Shown: in pieces, positions 46,701 to 57,553 of the stretch
Position numbering within the stretch: position 1 is the first letter of the stretch
How the letters are laid out: each line of letters starts with the position of its first letter
Origin: Minutocellus sp. GHC0000111
Lineage: Eukaryota
Direction of reading: 5' to 3'
DNA length: 64,000 bases
NCBI GenBank assembly: GCA_977018835.1
Contig: OZ361259.1
Span: 3,286,001 to 3,350,000 of the forward strand
Position numbers and translations under genes: made by a program
The notes under the pieces: model-generated
Told to the model about the DNA's origin: nothing
Seen by the model: only the letters and a program-made list of their open reading frames with translations
Databases searched by the model: none

Positions 46701-49700
46701 ATGCATGCCACGGTGAATCATGCGGCTTGGCTGTTTGCCGCCATAACTTCGGCATGTCTTCTGGCCGTATCTGCCGATCGTGTATCTGTTCATCATCAAC
46801 ATGCAGCAGCAGCGGTCCCCCGACTTTCTCACAAAAACAAGCAGGGCCGCTCACTTCAGCAGGAGCAAATCTACACCACGATATACAGCAACGTCAATGT
46901 TGTCACTGGAGATGTTAGCGGTGCCGATGCCACCGCGAGCTCTGTTACCATCGATTTGACTTCGTCGGGACCTGCCTCCGTCACCATTACTGATGTGGAA
47001 GACTTGGAAGCAGAGGAGACGGCCGTGATCGATGCCGAATTTGAAGAAGACGAGGAGATACTGGCAAGTATGGCCGAGGAATTGCCGGTTGATGAAGTTG
47101 CCGATCTCGATGAAGGAAATGTCGATGAGGATGAAAGCCAACAGCCCACGGAGCTGGTCTCCTGCATGGATTGGATTCCCACCGATCCAGCCACCCCACC
47201 CTCCTCCTACACGCATTGCTTTGATGGCACCTACGAATACACCCTCACCTCCTATTCCCGTCCCAAGCGCTGCTCGCCCCAATACTTCAACCACGGACAG
47301 TACAACTACCAGCAGATCCTGGCCGCCAATACCGACGGTGCCAGCCCGAACGACGAGTGGACCGTGTGTGCCCATTGGTTCAACCTCCATGCCGGGTTGC
47401 CCACCGCATTTGAAGATCTGAGTGTGCCCAATTTATACCCGCTGAGCAAGATTGGCAACGGTGGGACCTACGACCTGCCGGCCTGCACCGGCGATTGCGA
47501 CAGTGACGACGAGTGCCAGCCGGGCCTGTTTTGTTTGGTGAGGAATCGACAATCCTTGCCGAATGTGGCGTTCTGCGGTGGGCAGGCAGAGGACAAGATT
47601 GACTACTGCATCCCCGAGCGGTACAGAGATCCGAGTTTTGTCAAGGTGGATTACATGGATGAGTTGGAGGAGTCCATCAAGGAGAGCTTGGCGATGAATG
47701 ATGCGGACAGCCTTCCGGAGGTGGCGCAAGATGGTGGTATGGACAATACCGATGAGGCTGCCGAGACCGATGAGGCTGTCGCCCCTGCCGAGGAGGCGCC
47801 CGTCGTCCAAGACGAAGATACAGAAGAAGCCAACCCTGTGGATACCGCTGAGGGTGTTGATGAAATTGCGGGAAATCCCCTCGCCGAAGACACCGTCCAA
47901 GATAGCACCATCGTCGGCAACGAGCCGTCGGATCCTGCCATTGTCGTCGATGGGCCACAGGAAGACACTTGGACGCATGAGGTCCCAGCGACCAACGATC
48001 TTGGACCAGCCACGGAAGATACCAACGTCGCATCCAATGATCCTGGACCGGCAATCGAGGATACCCGAGGGCACGAAAAAGAAGTAATGAACGATGAGCT
48101 TGCCTACGATGTTCCTGAGGATCGTCCTCAGAAGACCTTCCCTATCGAGGTGGCTCTGCCTTCGTTCTTCATGGCCATCGATGTCCGCATTCGCAACGCC
48201 AACAAGCGTCAGCTACTGCAGGAGGACCCCAACCGGATCGCCGAACCCGTCATCGACACTGATGCTCTTAGTGACGCCCTCCAAAATGTTCTCCAAGACT
48301 CCATCGCTACCCTTGACGATCGCCTTTGGGGTGTAACCGTCAAAGCCACCAACATTGATGCCGTCGCCTTGACCCTCGACAATGGTCGACCTGCCAACCG
48401 TGAATATTTCTCCGTCCACGGCCAGGCCATCTTCTTGGTTCTAGAGACTGGGGATGGTACTGAAATCACTGCTCTGGATGCTCACCCTCTGCCCGATGAG
48501 GCGCAGCTCCGAGCGGCAATCGAACTTGCCCTTCAGAAAAATAATTTGTTGGAGGAATTCGCCGAGGCCAAGGGTCGCACCAAGTTGCCCCGAGCGATCA
48601 ATGTTGGAGCTTCCTTCATGGACGGTACTCCCATCAGCGGCTCTTATGAGGATGCTGAGGCCGAGACCGAGGCCGAAGCCATTGCCGACAGTGAGACAAT
48701 TGTTAGTGGCATTGGTAGTATGAGCTCCGGTGATGAGGGATCCTTCTTTTCCACGCTGACCATCAGTGCCATCGCTGTTGCAGGTGGTGCCATTATCCTT
48801 GTTATTGGTGGTGCTGCCATCTACTCTCGCCGCCGAGCTATGCGGAAGAGCAAAGAGGAAGATCTGTCCCCTCGTTCCCGATCCTTTCCACAAAAGGATG
48901 TCAACAAACTATTCACATTTGGTGGCGATGATTCCGACCCCGACGTAGTGAAGCAAACGTTCTCAGGGGACACTCATCCCATATCACCCACCTCCTCGGC
49001 GAAGGAAGAAGAGAAGAACCAAAAGATGGAGGAGTATTTTGAGAAACTCGAGAATGTCGAGTCGCAACCTGAGCCGTCGATCGATGGAGAATCTGATTTT
49101 GACTTTGACACCTCTCAGTATTCCGAGAGCGAATGCGGAATGACCATGTCGGAATGGAGCGTCAATGACATCGGCAAGGACCACGTCCAGCTTACCGATA
49201 AGCAGACGCTGAAGCCCGAAAAGTCCATTGCCAATATGGGTAAGCGGATGCGCCAGGCGCTTGGGCACACATCCGCCTACGCCGAAAGCGAGGCTGATAT
49301 GAGCTACGCCGAGACCGACAACATGAGCGCCCTTGGAGAGTTTCGACTCGGATCTGTCCTTGGTGATGACATGAGCGAGCTCGGAACCAACACAAGTGAG
49401 CTTGGCGGTATCACCGAGGAAGTCGATGGAGAGTATACGCCAGAAAAATCCAACAAGTCTGAGTTCTCGGCACTCTGGAAGACTCGTATTGAGAATGATG
49501 AGAGTCAAATGCCACCGGCAGTAGAAGAGGTATCCCCGGCCAAGAGCATCGAAGACAGTGTCCTTGGCGTTTCACTCTCTGAAACCAATAGAGTAATCCG
49601 TCGCATGAAGGAGGAGAACGCCACGAATAGTTTCCTCGATGTGTCTCATCATGCTCCAAGATTCGATATTGACAACGCTTCGACAGATTCCGAGGCTGAG

Positions 49701-50237
49701 GACGAATCCCTTCTTTTCCACACTCGTCCTGCTCCGTCCATACACTCGGCCACCATCCCAGAGGTCGATGAGTCCAACAGCGACGTTGGTTTTAGCAGCA
49801 AGGGCGCCCCCAGTTCGACTACCAAGAGTGCGGCAGGATCAATTATCGGATCAATCCTAGGAAATGATGATGACGATGATGATGAGAATAAGCCGGAAGA
49901 CAACTTGGACTCGTTGCGTTATCTGGATAACTCGATGGCCGCCAACGGTTCCAGGAAGACTTCTGGCGATCAGATCATCGACGACGATGTGAGCAATGCC
50001 GACACATCTGTCGATCTGGACGAAACTACCGACGACATTCTTCGTGGCAAGTACACCAACCTGCTTGCGGAAGTTGCCAGCTCGACTGGCACCGATGACG
50101 AAACGCGCTTCTTCCAGCTGGAAATGCCAGCGGCGTATCGAACGGACAATGCCGATGATGCTGCTGGTGGGGTTGACGACCAAAGTGTTGGTGGAAGCTC
50201 CATGTACTCCATTCTGCATCTGTTTTTGATGCAATGA
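46701..50237 (+). CDS. Type I membrane protein with signal peptide, RxL site, one frustulin-type acidic Cys-rich domain, a TM helix and a long acidic tail
   Basis: Signal ...LLAVSA; GRSLQ; CTGDCDSDDECQPGLFC..R....V..C.G......DYC; TM ISAIAVAGGAIILVIGGAAIY followed by RRR. Confidence 0.75.
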   Translation: MHATVNHAAWLFAAITSACLLAVSADRVSVHHQHAAAAVPRLSHKNKQGRSLQQEQIYTTIYSNVNVVTGDVSGADATASSVTIDLTSSGPASVTITDVEDLEAEETAVIDAEFEEDEEILASMAEELPVDEVADLDEGNVDEDESQQPTELVSCMDWIPTDPATPPSSYTHCFDGTYEYTLTSYSRPKRCSPQYFNHGQYNYQQILAANTDGASPNDEWTVCAHWFNLHAGLPTAFEDLSVPNLYPLSKIGNGGTYDLPACTGDCDSDDECQPGLFCLVRNRQSLPNVAFCGGQAEDKIDYCIPERYRDPSFVKVDYMDELEESIKESLAMNDADSLPEVAQDGGMDNTDEAAETDEAVAPAEEAPVVQDEDTEEANPVDTAEGVDEIAGNPLAEDTVQDSTIVGNEPSDPAIVVDGPQEDTWTHEVPATNDLGPATEDTNVASNDPGPAIEDTRGHEKEVMNDELAYDVPEDRPQKTFPIEVALPSFFMAIDVRIRNANKRQLLQEDPNRIAEPVIDTDALSDALQNVLQDSIATLDDRLWGVTVKATNIDAVALTLDNGRPANREYFSVHGQAIFLVLETGDGTEITALDAHPLPDEAQLRAAIELALQKNNLLEEFAEAKGRTKLPRAINVGASFMDGTPISGSYEDAEAETEAEAIADSETIVSGIGSMSSGDEGSFFSTLTISAIAVAGGAIILVIGGAAIYSRRRAMRKSKEEDLSPRSRSFPQKDVNKLFTFGGDDSDPDVVKQTFSGDTHPISPTSSAKEEEKNQKMEEYFEKLENVESQPEPSIDGESDFDFDTSQYSESECGMTMSEWSVNDIGKDHVQLTDKQTLKPEKSIANMGKRMRQALGHTSAYAESEADMSYAETDNMSALGEFRLGSVLGDDMSELGTNTSELGGITEEVDGEYTPEKSNKSEFSALWKTRIENDESQMPPAVEEVSPAKSIEDSVLGVSLSETNRVIRRMKEENATNSFLDVSHHAPRFDIDNASTDSEAEDESLLFHTRPAPSIHSATIPEVDESNSDVGFSSKGAPSSTTKSAAGSIIGSILGNDDDDDDENKPEDNLDSLRYLDNSMAANGSRKTSGDQIIDDDVSNADTSVDLDETTDDILRGKYTNLLAEVASSTGTDDETRFFQLEMPAAYRTDNADDAAGGVDDQSVGGSSMYSILHLFLMQ

Positions 50238-50320
50238 ATCAAAATAAAGAATAGAATAAGATCAACATGTTTCTACAAACTTTCCGTGCTACCTATCTCT
50301 ACCTTTGCAGCTCCTCGTCT

Positions 50321-51461
50321 CTACCTTTGAAGCTCCTCGTAAATGCCCTCCAAATCATTGTATTCACACGCCACATATTTTTGCATCTGCTCTATGATAT
50401 CTAATTCTTGGAATGATTCAAAGTGCTCCTTCGTACGAGCAATCAGCATGCCCGATATCTCTCCAAGTGCCGCATTGAACCCATGTTTGTCCTTGTCGAA
50501 GTGATCCTGGTGCTGCCGGGGGATGACGATGCATCGGATTGTACTATGGGCACTTTCGTCATTGCTATTGCCGTCGCTCTTTTCCTGGATAAAGAGCACA
50601 TTGTGCGGTATCCTCTGCTCGTGTAAATGTCGCACGAAGGACGCCATCGATTGGGAAAGGCATTCATCCACACTAGCTTGAAACGCAAAGCACGGGACGG
50701 TCCAATGCAACTCCTCAACCCGGCATTTATTCTGCAGATAATTTTCCGTCACAACCCGCTTGGTGGATGCATATACAATGGGAAAATTGGTTCTGCCATC
50801 GGGAAGCAGTCTCTCACCACGTGCCTCATGATCCAACTCGGACGGGTACAAAATGTGAAGATGCAAATGATTGACGGACGAGAAGGCACCGAGGCTGTTG
50901 AAACCGATGCAGAATGTGTCGGCGGATGGATTTGTCGACTTGCCGCTACTGCTGCTACTATCGTGGAGAATTTCGTCTGTGGCATGGTCAATGTCTCTCC
51001 GCAACAGTCTTATAGCCAAATCGATTGCATCCGATGTCAATTGCTGCGGCAGACATTGCTCCGCAAATGGTACGAGCAGACCATGGCCAAACATGAGCGG
51101 GCTGACGTTGACCAGTATGCGATGACTCTGCTCATCTCCATCTTGTAGTACCGCCAGAACCTCCTCGTCACCCCTAACCTTGTTGAAGTTGAATTTATTC
51201 TGATCAAAAGACTCGTCCATGTTCACCTTTTGCGTGACCGTGGCGGGTCTCTTCAAGGCAAACAAGCTGGGCTCGTGTTCGGTCACCAGCCTGAATTGCC
51301 CTGGCACGATGCGACGACGGAGGACGTCGGCGGCTAGCGGATCGTTGCGAATGATGGAGGATTGGCGGCATCGCTCGAATTGAGATTTTATTAAGTGCGA
51401 AAAAGTTTGTGATGGGTGAGGTCCTTGAAGGGGGTAGTGCTTTGCAGTGGTGGGAGGACAT
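50321..51461 (-). CDS. GDPGP1: GDP-D-glucose phosphorylase (GDPGP1/VTC2 HIT family); probable frameshift near 51400
   Basis: FNFNKV..EE, VNVSPL..GH.LLVP, IGFNSLGAFSSVNHLHLH, IPHNV, AALGEISG. Confidence 0.85.
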
Positions 51462-51521
51462 TAAGGGTACATACATTATTTATTCAATTCAGAGAATTAC
51501 CTGTGTGTATGTGTGTACGTA

Positions 51522-53426
51522 TTAGAAAAAGTCTGCCGCCGCCCCTCCCTTGTTTCGTTTGGACCTGCTGTGCCTGCCGCCCTGTCGAGGAGATCGGGAG
51601 CAACTTCGACTCAGTGGCCCGCCAGCAGCAGCATCGGGTCCACCACAATTGTCTACAACTCTTCCTTTCAGTATTTCGGCTTTCTTCTTGCGACTGTCCA
51701 AAAGTTTGTCGGTAACTGTCCCAGCCATGATCTCTAACCGCCGCTTCTTCTCCAGCAGCTCCTCCAATCTCTGCTCCGCATCTTCCACCTCTTTGCGTTC
51801 CGATTCGATGTCAACCGTGCACTCTTTCAATTGTGCGGTTCGTTCCGATAGGTTTTGGCCCTGCTTGGTCAGTACGCCCAGCTGCGTCCGAACCATACCG
51901 CGCAAGTTCTGTACCTCGATGGAATTTTTCAGCTCCGTCTGTGTTTGGGCCTGTTGCGATATCGTCGATTGCAGCTCCAACCGTCGTAGACGAAGCTGTT
52001 CCATTTGGTCTGCATCGCCATTGTCGACTGTTGTGCCGTCATTCTCGGCCTCACTAGCTGCGCCGCTTCTCAGATTATCATCATTGTCGAGGTCGTCATC
52101 GCCTTCATCATCGCTAGTCATCTCCATACCACCATCAGCCGCCATCTCTGCATCGTCATTACTATGACCAACTTCATCATCATCGACCTCCTCCTCTTCT
52201 AACTCCAAACTCTTTCGTTTCTCCTGCTGCTTCTGTTTGAGCAGCTCCGCCTTTCGTAGGAGCTCTGCTCTCCGCCCCAACACCTCCTTTTGGCGCTTCT
52301 GCAGCTCTGTCTTCTTCTCCTCCCGCTGCGGAGTCGGCAGGCGTGACTTTGATTCGGCGTCATTATCATTTTCTTTCGTATCTGACGTCCTCGGTTGGAT
52401 GTATACCAGTTCATTGGGTCCGGACGCCGATATGTTTTGTACGAGTATAGTGGGTCGACGCAACGCCGCCAGGTCGGTCAACTTCCGCTTCTTCCTCGGG
52501 GGTGCCTTCGACGGAACCTCCCCCGGCACCGGCGTCGCTTGTCGGCTCACCGCAAACGCTTTCTCTTGTTCCTTCTTTCTGTGCAGCAAACTGCGCTTCT
52601 GGGCGTTAGTGGCCTTGGCCTGGGCGGCGGCCAACTTCTTCTGCGCCACCTCCAACTCGAGCCGCTTGCGCTTGAGGGCCAGCCGTTCTCGCTTTTGTTC
52701 GGTGGAGAGTTCGGCGGTTGCGGGCGCGGGTGCTGCTGCCTCCGCAACTGCCGCTGGTTTGGAATCAATCTCACCGGTACCATTGATATCGCCAGTAGCA
52801 TCGGCAGTATCTGCTGCCATCTTCTGTCGTTTCTTCTCTGCTTGCCGCTGCTGCTCCATGTGCCGCCGCTTTTTCTCCTGTTGAATCCGCTTTCGTATTT
52901 TGGCAGCCCTCCTGTGCAGTTCCGTCACCACCTTTTTCAAATTTCCTTGGACGTCCTCTGCAAAATCGGCCATCCAAAGCTCCTCATCGGCCGGATCGCC
53001 CTCAAACACCGCCTCGTCCTTGGCCACCTTTTGCACACTGCTAAGCAATACCGTAATCTGCTGCCCGTTGTCCAGCAGCATTCGAACCTTGGGCTCGGCA
53101 TACGTGCCCGAAAATCCCACGCAGAATCCCTGACGGTGCAGGTGGGGGCTGTTGGGGCGCCGGTCGGCCACGTACGTGTTGACCAGACGATCGCCGACGG
53201 TCAGATCGTGGTGTTGATACAATTTTTTGGGGAGGGGCTGAGAAGAAGAAGACGACGAGTTTGGACTGGCGCTGGTTGTGCTGGTATCGGCGGAAGCAGC
53301 AGCCCCAGCAGCAGCGGCGATTGCTGTGCTGGTTTCACCGCCGGTGAGGCCGGCGACAGCCTGTGCAAATTCTCCGACGGCATCTTGCAATTCTTTGATG
53401 GCGCCGGCCAATTCGTTGTTGGGCAT
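51522..53426 (-). CDS. Hypothetical coiled-coil, charge-rich protein
   Basis: 634-aa ORF with long K/E/R/Q helical segments and NLS-like PRKKRK. Confidence 0.7.
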   Translation of the reverse strand: MPNNELAGAIKELQDAVGEFAQAVAGLTGGETSTAIAAAAGAAASADTSTTSASPNSSSSSSQPLPKKLYQHHDLTVGDRLVNTYVADRRPNSPHLHRQGFCVGFSGTYAEPKVRMLLDNGQQITVLLSSVQKVAKDEAVFEGDPADEELWMADFAEDVQGNLKKVVTELHRRAAKIRKRIQQEKKRRHMEQQRQAEKKRQKMAADTADATGDINGTGEIDSKPAAVAEAAAPAPATAELSTEQKRERLALKRKRLELEVAQKKLAAAQAKATNAQKRSLLHRKKEQEKAFAVSRQATPVPGEVPSKAPPRKKRKLTDLAALRRPTILVQNISASGPNELVYIQPRTSDTKENDNDAESKSRLPTPQREEKKTELQKRQKEVLGRRAELLRKAELLKQKQQEKRKSLELEEEEVDDDEVGHSNDDAEMAADGGMEMTSDDEGDDDLDNDDNLRSGAASEAENDGTTVDNGDADQMEQLRLRRLELQSTISQQAQTQTELKNSIEVQNLRGMVRTQLGVLTKQGQNLSERTAQLKECTVDIESERKEVEDAEQRLEELLEKKRRLEIMAGTVTDKLLDSRKKKAEILKGRVVDNCGGPDAAAGGPLSRSCSRSPRQGGRHSRSKRNKGGAAADFF

Positions 53427-53834
53427 GGTGCATCAGTCAGCAGAGAGTCAGTCCAACGGAGTAGAGTCAGAGGTGGCTGACGGCCACATGGCGGGCTGCG
53501 GTTGCTGAAAATCACGACTACGGCGACTGCGCATTTGAGGGACGTACGTATCCCGTACAGATTACGTACATACGGACAAGGGCTCACGTACGTACCGGCC
53601 CGCCAAAAATCGACATCTCAACGCATGCAGAGCGGCGAACCGGGTGAAGCGAACATCAACCAGAGCGGAGCGAAGCAGCAGTTCGAGTATTGCTACGGAC
53701 CGTCTAACCAGTCTCTACCGGCAGGCAGCTGTTATTTCTGCCGAGCATTTTGCTATTCTAATTCATTCTACGATCGTACGCATCGTCACAGAACTCACAC
53801 AACTATAGGATTTTCCGCAGAACATTTTTTTCTC

Positions 53835-55613
53835 ATGGCTGCCGCTACAACTCCCACTGATGGACGCAGACCGTCTCTCCCAATCAGTAAATCAAATGTC
53901 CCTCAACCAAAAGACGATCGTCTCTTTGTACTCTCCAGTGATACCCTCCGCGGCAAACCCATCGATTCATCCGGTATCAACCAATCGCCCTGGTCGGACC
54001 GTCCGCCCCTCTTCACCGGATCCAAGGAACGTCACGAGCTCAAACAAGCCTGCCGCGACGGCATACCGCCAGCGCTGCGCTGTGCGGTATGGATCAGCTC
54101 GGTCATGCGCGTTTCCAACTCCCACCAGCCCAAGGAATGGGCCGAGGAGTTCGGCACGCAGAGTCGCACGGCAAGTGTTGACCATACATGGAAGCTGGTG
54201 CTGGAGCAAACCTTTGCCACGTCCGAAGATGAAACTTTCGCCACGTTGCCCGATTATGGGTTGCACCGTGAAGATATGGATGACCTACTGCACAAGTCGC
54301 ATGGAGGTGCTCCAATTCTTCCCAATGGTCGGCAATCACTGATCCGCGTTCTGTGTGTCTTGCGGCACATGCATTCGGCCATCGAATACGCTCCACTAGT
54401 TCCTGATATGGCCGCAATATTGCTCAATTACATGCCGGAATCGTACGCGTACGCCACGTTGCGGGAGATGGTCAACGATCACTCCCAATTCGTCGCACCG
54501 TGCAAGGTCGATCATTATTCCTATTGCAGAAGCTTTGCCCAATTGATGAAGAAGTTGCATCCCGAAACGGCACGAGAGATGGAGGACAACGGTGCCCTCA
54601 CACCGAGGGGGTTGGATCCGATATTTCGTAGGTATTTAACTCCCTTACTGAGATATGAGCACGTGATGCGCATCATGGACATTTATACCATTGAGGGTGC
54701 CAAGGTCCTATTTCGCTTCGGTGTGGCGTTGATTGCGCTCTACAAGACGGAGCTGAAAGCCGCCAAGACGCCCGATTCCAATACCTTTTGGAAGAAGTTG
54801 CGCGATTATGCCCATTCCAAACACTTTGATTTCGACAAGCTGGTGAAAAAGGCGTACGGGCCCGTGGGGAGCAAATGGAGGAAACGCGTCAACTTTCCCC
54901 GCCGTCGAACGATTGCACGAATGGTCAAATTCAATGAAGATTGGGCCGCGTCGCATGTGTCGACCAACAATTTGCAGATGCCCCCTCCTCCTCCGATGGG
55001 ATATGTCAAGCATGCCGATGTTCCTATTGAACTTGGTGTTCCCAGTGGAGTGAGAGCGGCATTGGCGGAATGGATGCCTCTGCAGTATCGTTCGACGAAA
55101 TTGGATGTAATCTTTTCAACCAACGTTCATGGCCGATCGCTGGAGGCATTCTATGACAAGGTGTCACGAACAAAGCATACAGTTTGCCTTGTCGAGGTGT
55201 TGGGTACCGGCGCTACAATCGGAATGTTTGCCAGCCAGGCGTGGGTATCGCATAAGCGGCCCAAGATTTATGGCGATGGAGAATGCTTCCTGTTCCGTGC
55301 TTCTCCCAATCCGAAATGCTACAAGTGGAGACCATCGAAGGATGATACCAAAGTCGACGCGTTACTTGAACAGTTCCAGGTGAGCTGTGAGGACTACATC
55401 GCCATGGGTGCCAACAAGGATGGATCGAGTGGGTTGAGGTTGAATGAGGACATGACCAAGGGCGAGAGTGCGCCTGCAGTTGGGTTCAACAATGAACCCC
55501 TTGGTGGTTCGGATATGTTTGAAGTTGGCGTTGTGGAAGTGTATAGATTGGTACGAGAGATGGATGGACGGCCCGTCGACGGAGGAGACGATCCAGTATG
55601 GACACTCAAATAA
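53835..55613 (+). CDS. TBC1D24: TBC (Rab-GAP) + TLDc domain protein, TBC1D24-like
   Basis: LKQACRDGIPPALRCAVW, RIMDIYTIEG.KVLFRFGVAL; TLDc motifs FST..HG.SL..FY, YGDGECFLF, FNNEPL...FEV..VEVY. Confidence 0.85.
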   Translation: MAAATTPTDGRRPSLPISKSNVPQPKDDRLFVLSSDTLRGKPIDSSGINQSPWSDRPPLFTGSKERHELKQACRDGIPPALRCAVWISSVMRVSNSHQPKEWAEEFGTQSRTASVDHTWKLVLEQTFATSEDETFATLPDYGLHREDMDDLLHKSHGGAPILPNGRQSLIRVLCVLRHMHSAIEYAPLVPDMAAILLNYMPESYAYATLREMVNDHSQFVAPCKVDHYSYCRSFAQLMKKLHPETAREMEDNGALTPRGLDPIFRRYLTPLLRYEHVMRIMDIYTIEGAKVLFRFGVALIALYKTELKAAKTPDSNTFWKKLRDYAHSKHFDFDKLVKKAYGPVGSKWRKRVNFPRRRTIARMVKFNEDWAASHVSTNNLQMPPPPPMGYVKHADVPIELGVPSGVRAALAEWMPLQYRSTKLDVIFSTNVHGRSLEAFYDKVSRTKHTVCLVEVLGTGATIGMFASQAWVSHKRPKIYGDGECFLFRASPNPKCYKWRPSKDDTKVDALLEQFQVSCEDYIAMGANKDGSSGLRLNEDMTKGESAPAVGFNNEPLGGSDMFEVGVVEVYRLVREMDGRPVDGGDDPVWTLK

Positions 55614-55798
55614 GGTGGTAGATGAAAGAAAGAAATTCATTACAACGACCGGCCAAATCAAAATGATTGATAACATTTGCCAAGCGGCTAACATGGTAGA
55701 GCTAGATAACATCAAACAAATAGACATTTCATAACTATAATATAGCATGGACCCTCGGCTTCTTGCCTAATGGAGGAGTATAAACAAAACCCTGCTCT

Positions 55799-56653
55799 TT
55801 ACGAAAGAAGCACCTCCTTGCGATCTTCGTCCAAAAAATCAACCACACTTCCACCTGCCACGGTTTCCCCCACCTCAAGTAATTTCGGCACCTCCACCGT
55901 CTGCAAGAATACCGCCAGCAAACATTCGGCGCGGCACATGCGAAACAATGGATCGTCTCGGATGCGATCGGTCAATTCCTTTTCAATTTTGGGATCAATT
56001 TCAACCTTCTCTGACACTCCCTCTTCCGCCGCGACCTGCTTGCATTCGCTCTTGAGCACCCCGAAACTACCATGCTCGCCATACTTGGCCACCCACTTGG
56101 CCGTGTTGACTTTGGCTGCCAATTGCTGCTCCAATTCTCTCATCCTCATCACAACGCCCACCATTCTACCAGCCACCGTTTGACATTCCTCTGCAGTGGG
56201 GATTGAATCAGTATCGCCATCGGCCTCGCAGCTGGTCTTGCGCTTTTCGAGCAGATCTGATGCCAGTGCACCTGCCGTCAGGGCCACGGAAAGTGGCTGC
56301 TCGTCATCTTTGAGATTGTAGGCATCGATGGGTCCCTTGCTGTTTTTGCTGCTGTGACGCAAGAGGAGAGCCTCGGAGATGGCATTGATGGTTGTGGGGT
56401 GGAGCGACGGTCGGATACCGGTTGACGCACGGAGCTGATCACCACCAGAGGATGCTTCGGCAAATAGTTTTGCGAGGGTCCGTGATGAGGTGATGTCTTG
56501 TGGAGCTCTGCTTGCTATTGATCCGATATGCTGAGCAACCATTGGTTCGTCGATGGAAATCGATGACGTGACGATGCATGACGGCACAACAAATGCCGAT
56601 GCGGAGCCAATCAGCGCCGAGGCGCCCAAGATGCGCAGTGATGTGCTCTTCAT
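55799..56653 (-). CDS. Plastid-targeted conserved hypothetical protein
   Basis: GSASAFVVP presequence; intact 284-aa ORF. Confidence 0.75.
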   Translation of the reverse strand: MKSTSLRILGASALIGSASAFVVPSCIVTSSISIDEPMVAQHIGSIASRAPQDITSSRTLAKLFAEASSGGDQLRASTGIRPSLHPTTINAISEALLLRHSSKNSKGPIDAYNLKDDEQPLSVALTAGALASDLLEKRKTSCEADGDTDSIPTAEECQTVAGRMVGVVMRMRELEQQLAAKVNTAKWVAKYGEHGSFGVLKSECKQVAAEEGVSEKVEIDPKIEKELTDRIRDDPLFRMCRAECLLAVFLQTVEVPKLLEVGETVAGGSVVDFLDEDRKEVLLS

Positions 56654-56860
56654 GATGCTGGAAATGATAAAGAAATCAACGTATAACAGCCAGCTCAGTG
56701 GCGCAGATCAGATTGCATTGTGAGCATGGAGATCGGTAGCGCGGTGCCGGTGAGCTGCAATCCAAAATTGGCCTCATAACCTGATGGGGAAAGAAAGGCA
56801 GCAGATTGAGATGAGGCCGTGAGAGAGTAGTGAAGACTCGGTACCAATAGCCTTTCAATT

Positions 56861-57433
56861 ATCAAAGCAACAGCCACGAAGACTAGCACAACAAACTTGC
56901 CCTCCAGTGACAAGACGCTCGCCGTGGACTTTGGCGGGATCACCAAGGACAACGTCGAACAACTGCGCATGATCAACACCTCGTCGTTCCCCGTCCAATA
57001 CAACGATGGCTTCTACAAGGACGTTGTCGAACGGCACGACGAGGATCTGTGCAAGTTTGCCTACTGGAATGGGTTTGTTGTTGGGGTCATCTGCGCACGC
57101 ATTGAGCCCATCCCAGAAGCCGATTTGGAAGACGGGGTAACGCCAGGTCGAAAACGGCTGTACATCATGACGTTGGCCGTGCTGGCGGCCTACCGCGGCA
57201 GAGGAGTGGGACGGCAGATGGTCAAGAGTGTGCTGGATCATATCGCGGAGAATATCGACACGGCCAAGTATGCCGACGTCGATGAGGTGACGTTGCACGT
57301 TCAAACCAGCAATGATGGGGCACAAAAGTTTTACATGGAGGGATTTGGCTTTCAGAAGGGCAAGATGGTAGAGAACTATTACCGCAGGATCGATCCGCCT
57401 CACTGCTACATCCTTAGCAAGAAACTGAGATGA
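56861..57433 (+). CDS. NAA50: N-alpha-acetyltransferase 50 (NatE catalytic subunit); start codon unresolved
   Basis: IT..NV.QLR.IN...FPV.Y...FY, LYIMTLAVLAAYRGRGVG, LHVQTSN, ENYYRRIDPPHC. No in-frame ATG after the TGA at 56831. Confidence 0.9.
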   Translation: MKATATKTSTTNLPSSDKTLAVDFGGITKDNVEQLRMINTSSFPVQYNDGFYKDVVERHDEDLCKFAYWNGFVVGVICARIEPIPEADLEDGVTPGRKRLYIMTLAVLAAYRGRGVGRQMVKSVLDHIAENIDTAKYADVDEVTLHVQTSNDGAQKFYMEGFGFQKGKMVENYYRRIDPPHCYILSKKLR

Positions 57434-57553
57434 TGAGGTGCAGATGCTGCTCGTCGTAAATTGCCATAGCTACTTTGGTATAGCAAAAAATTGGGATAAA
57501 TGCACGATAATGCAAGTGAATTGCAATAATAAGCTTAGCATAATACTGACTCT

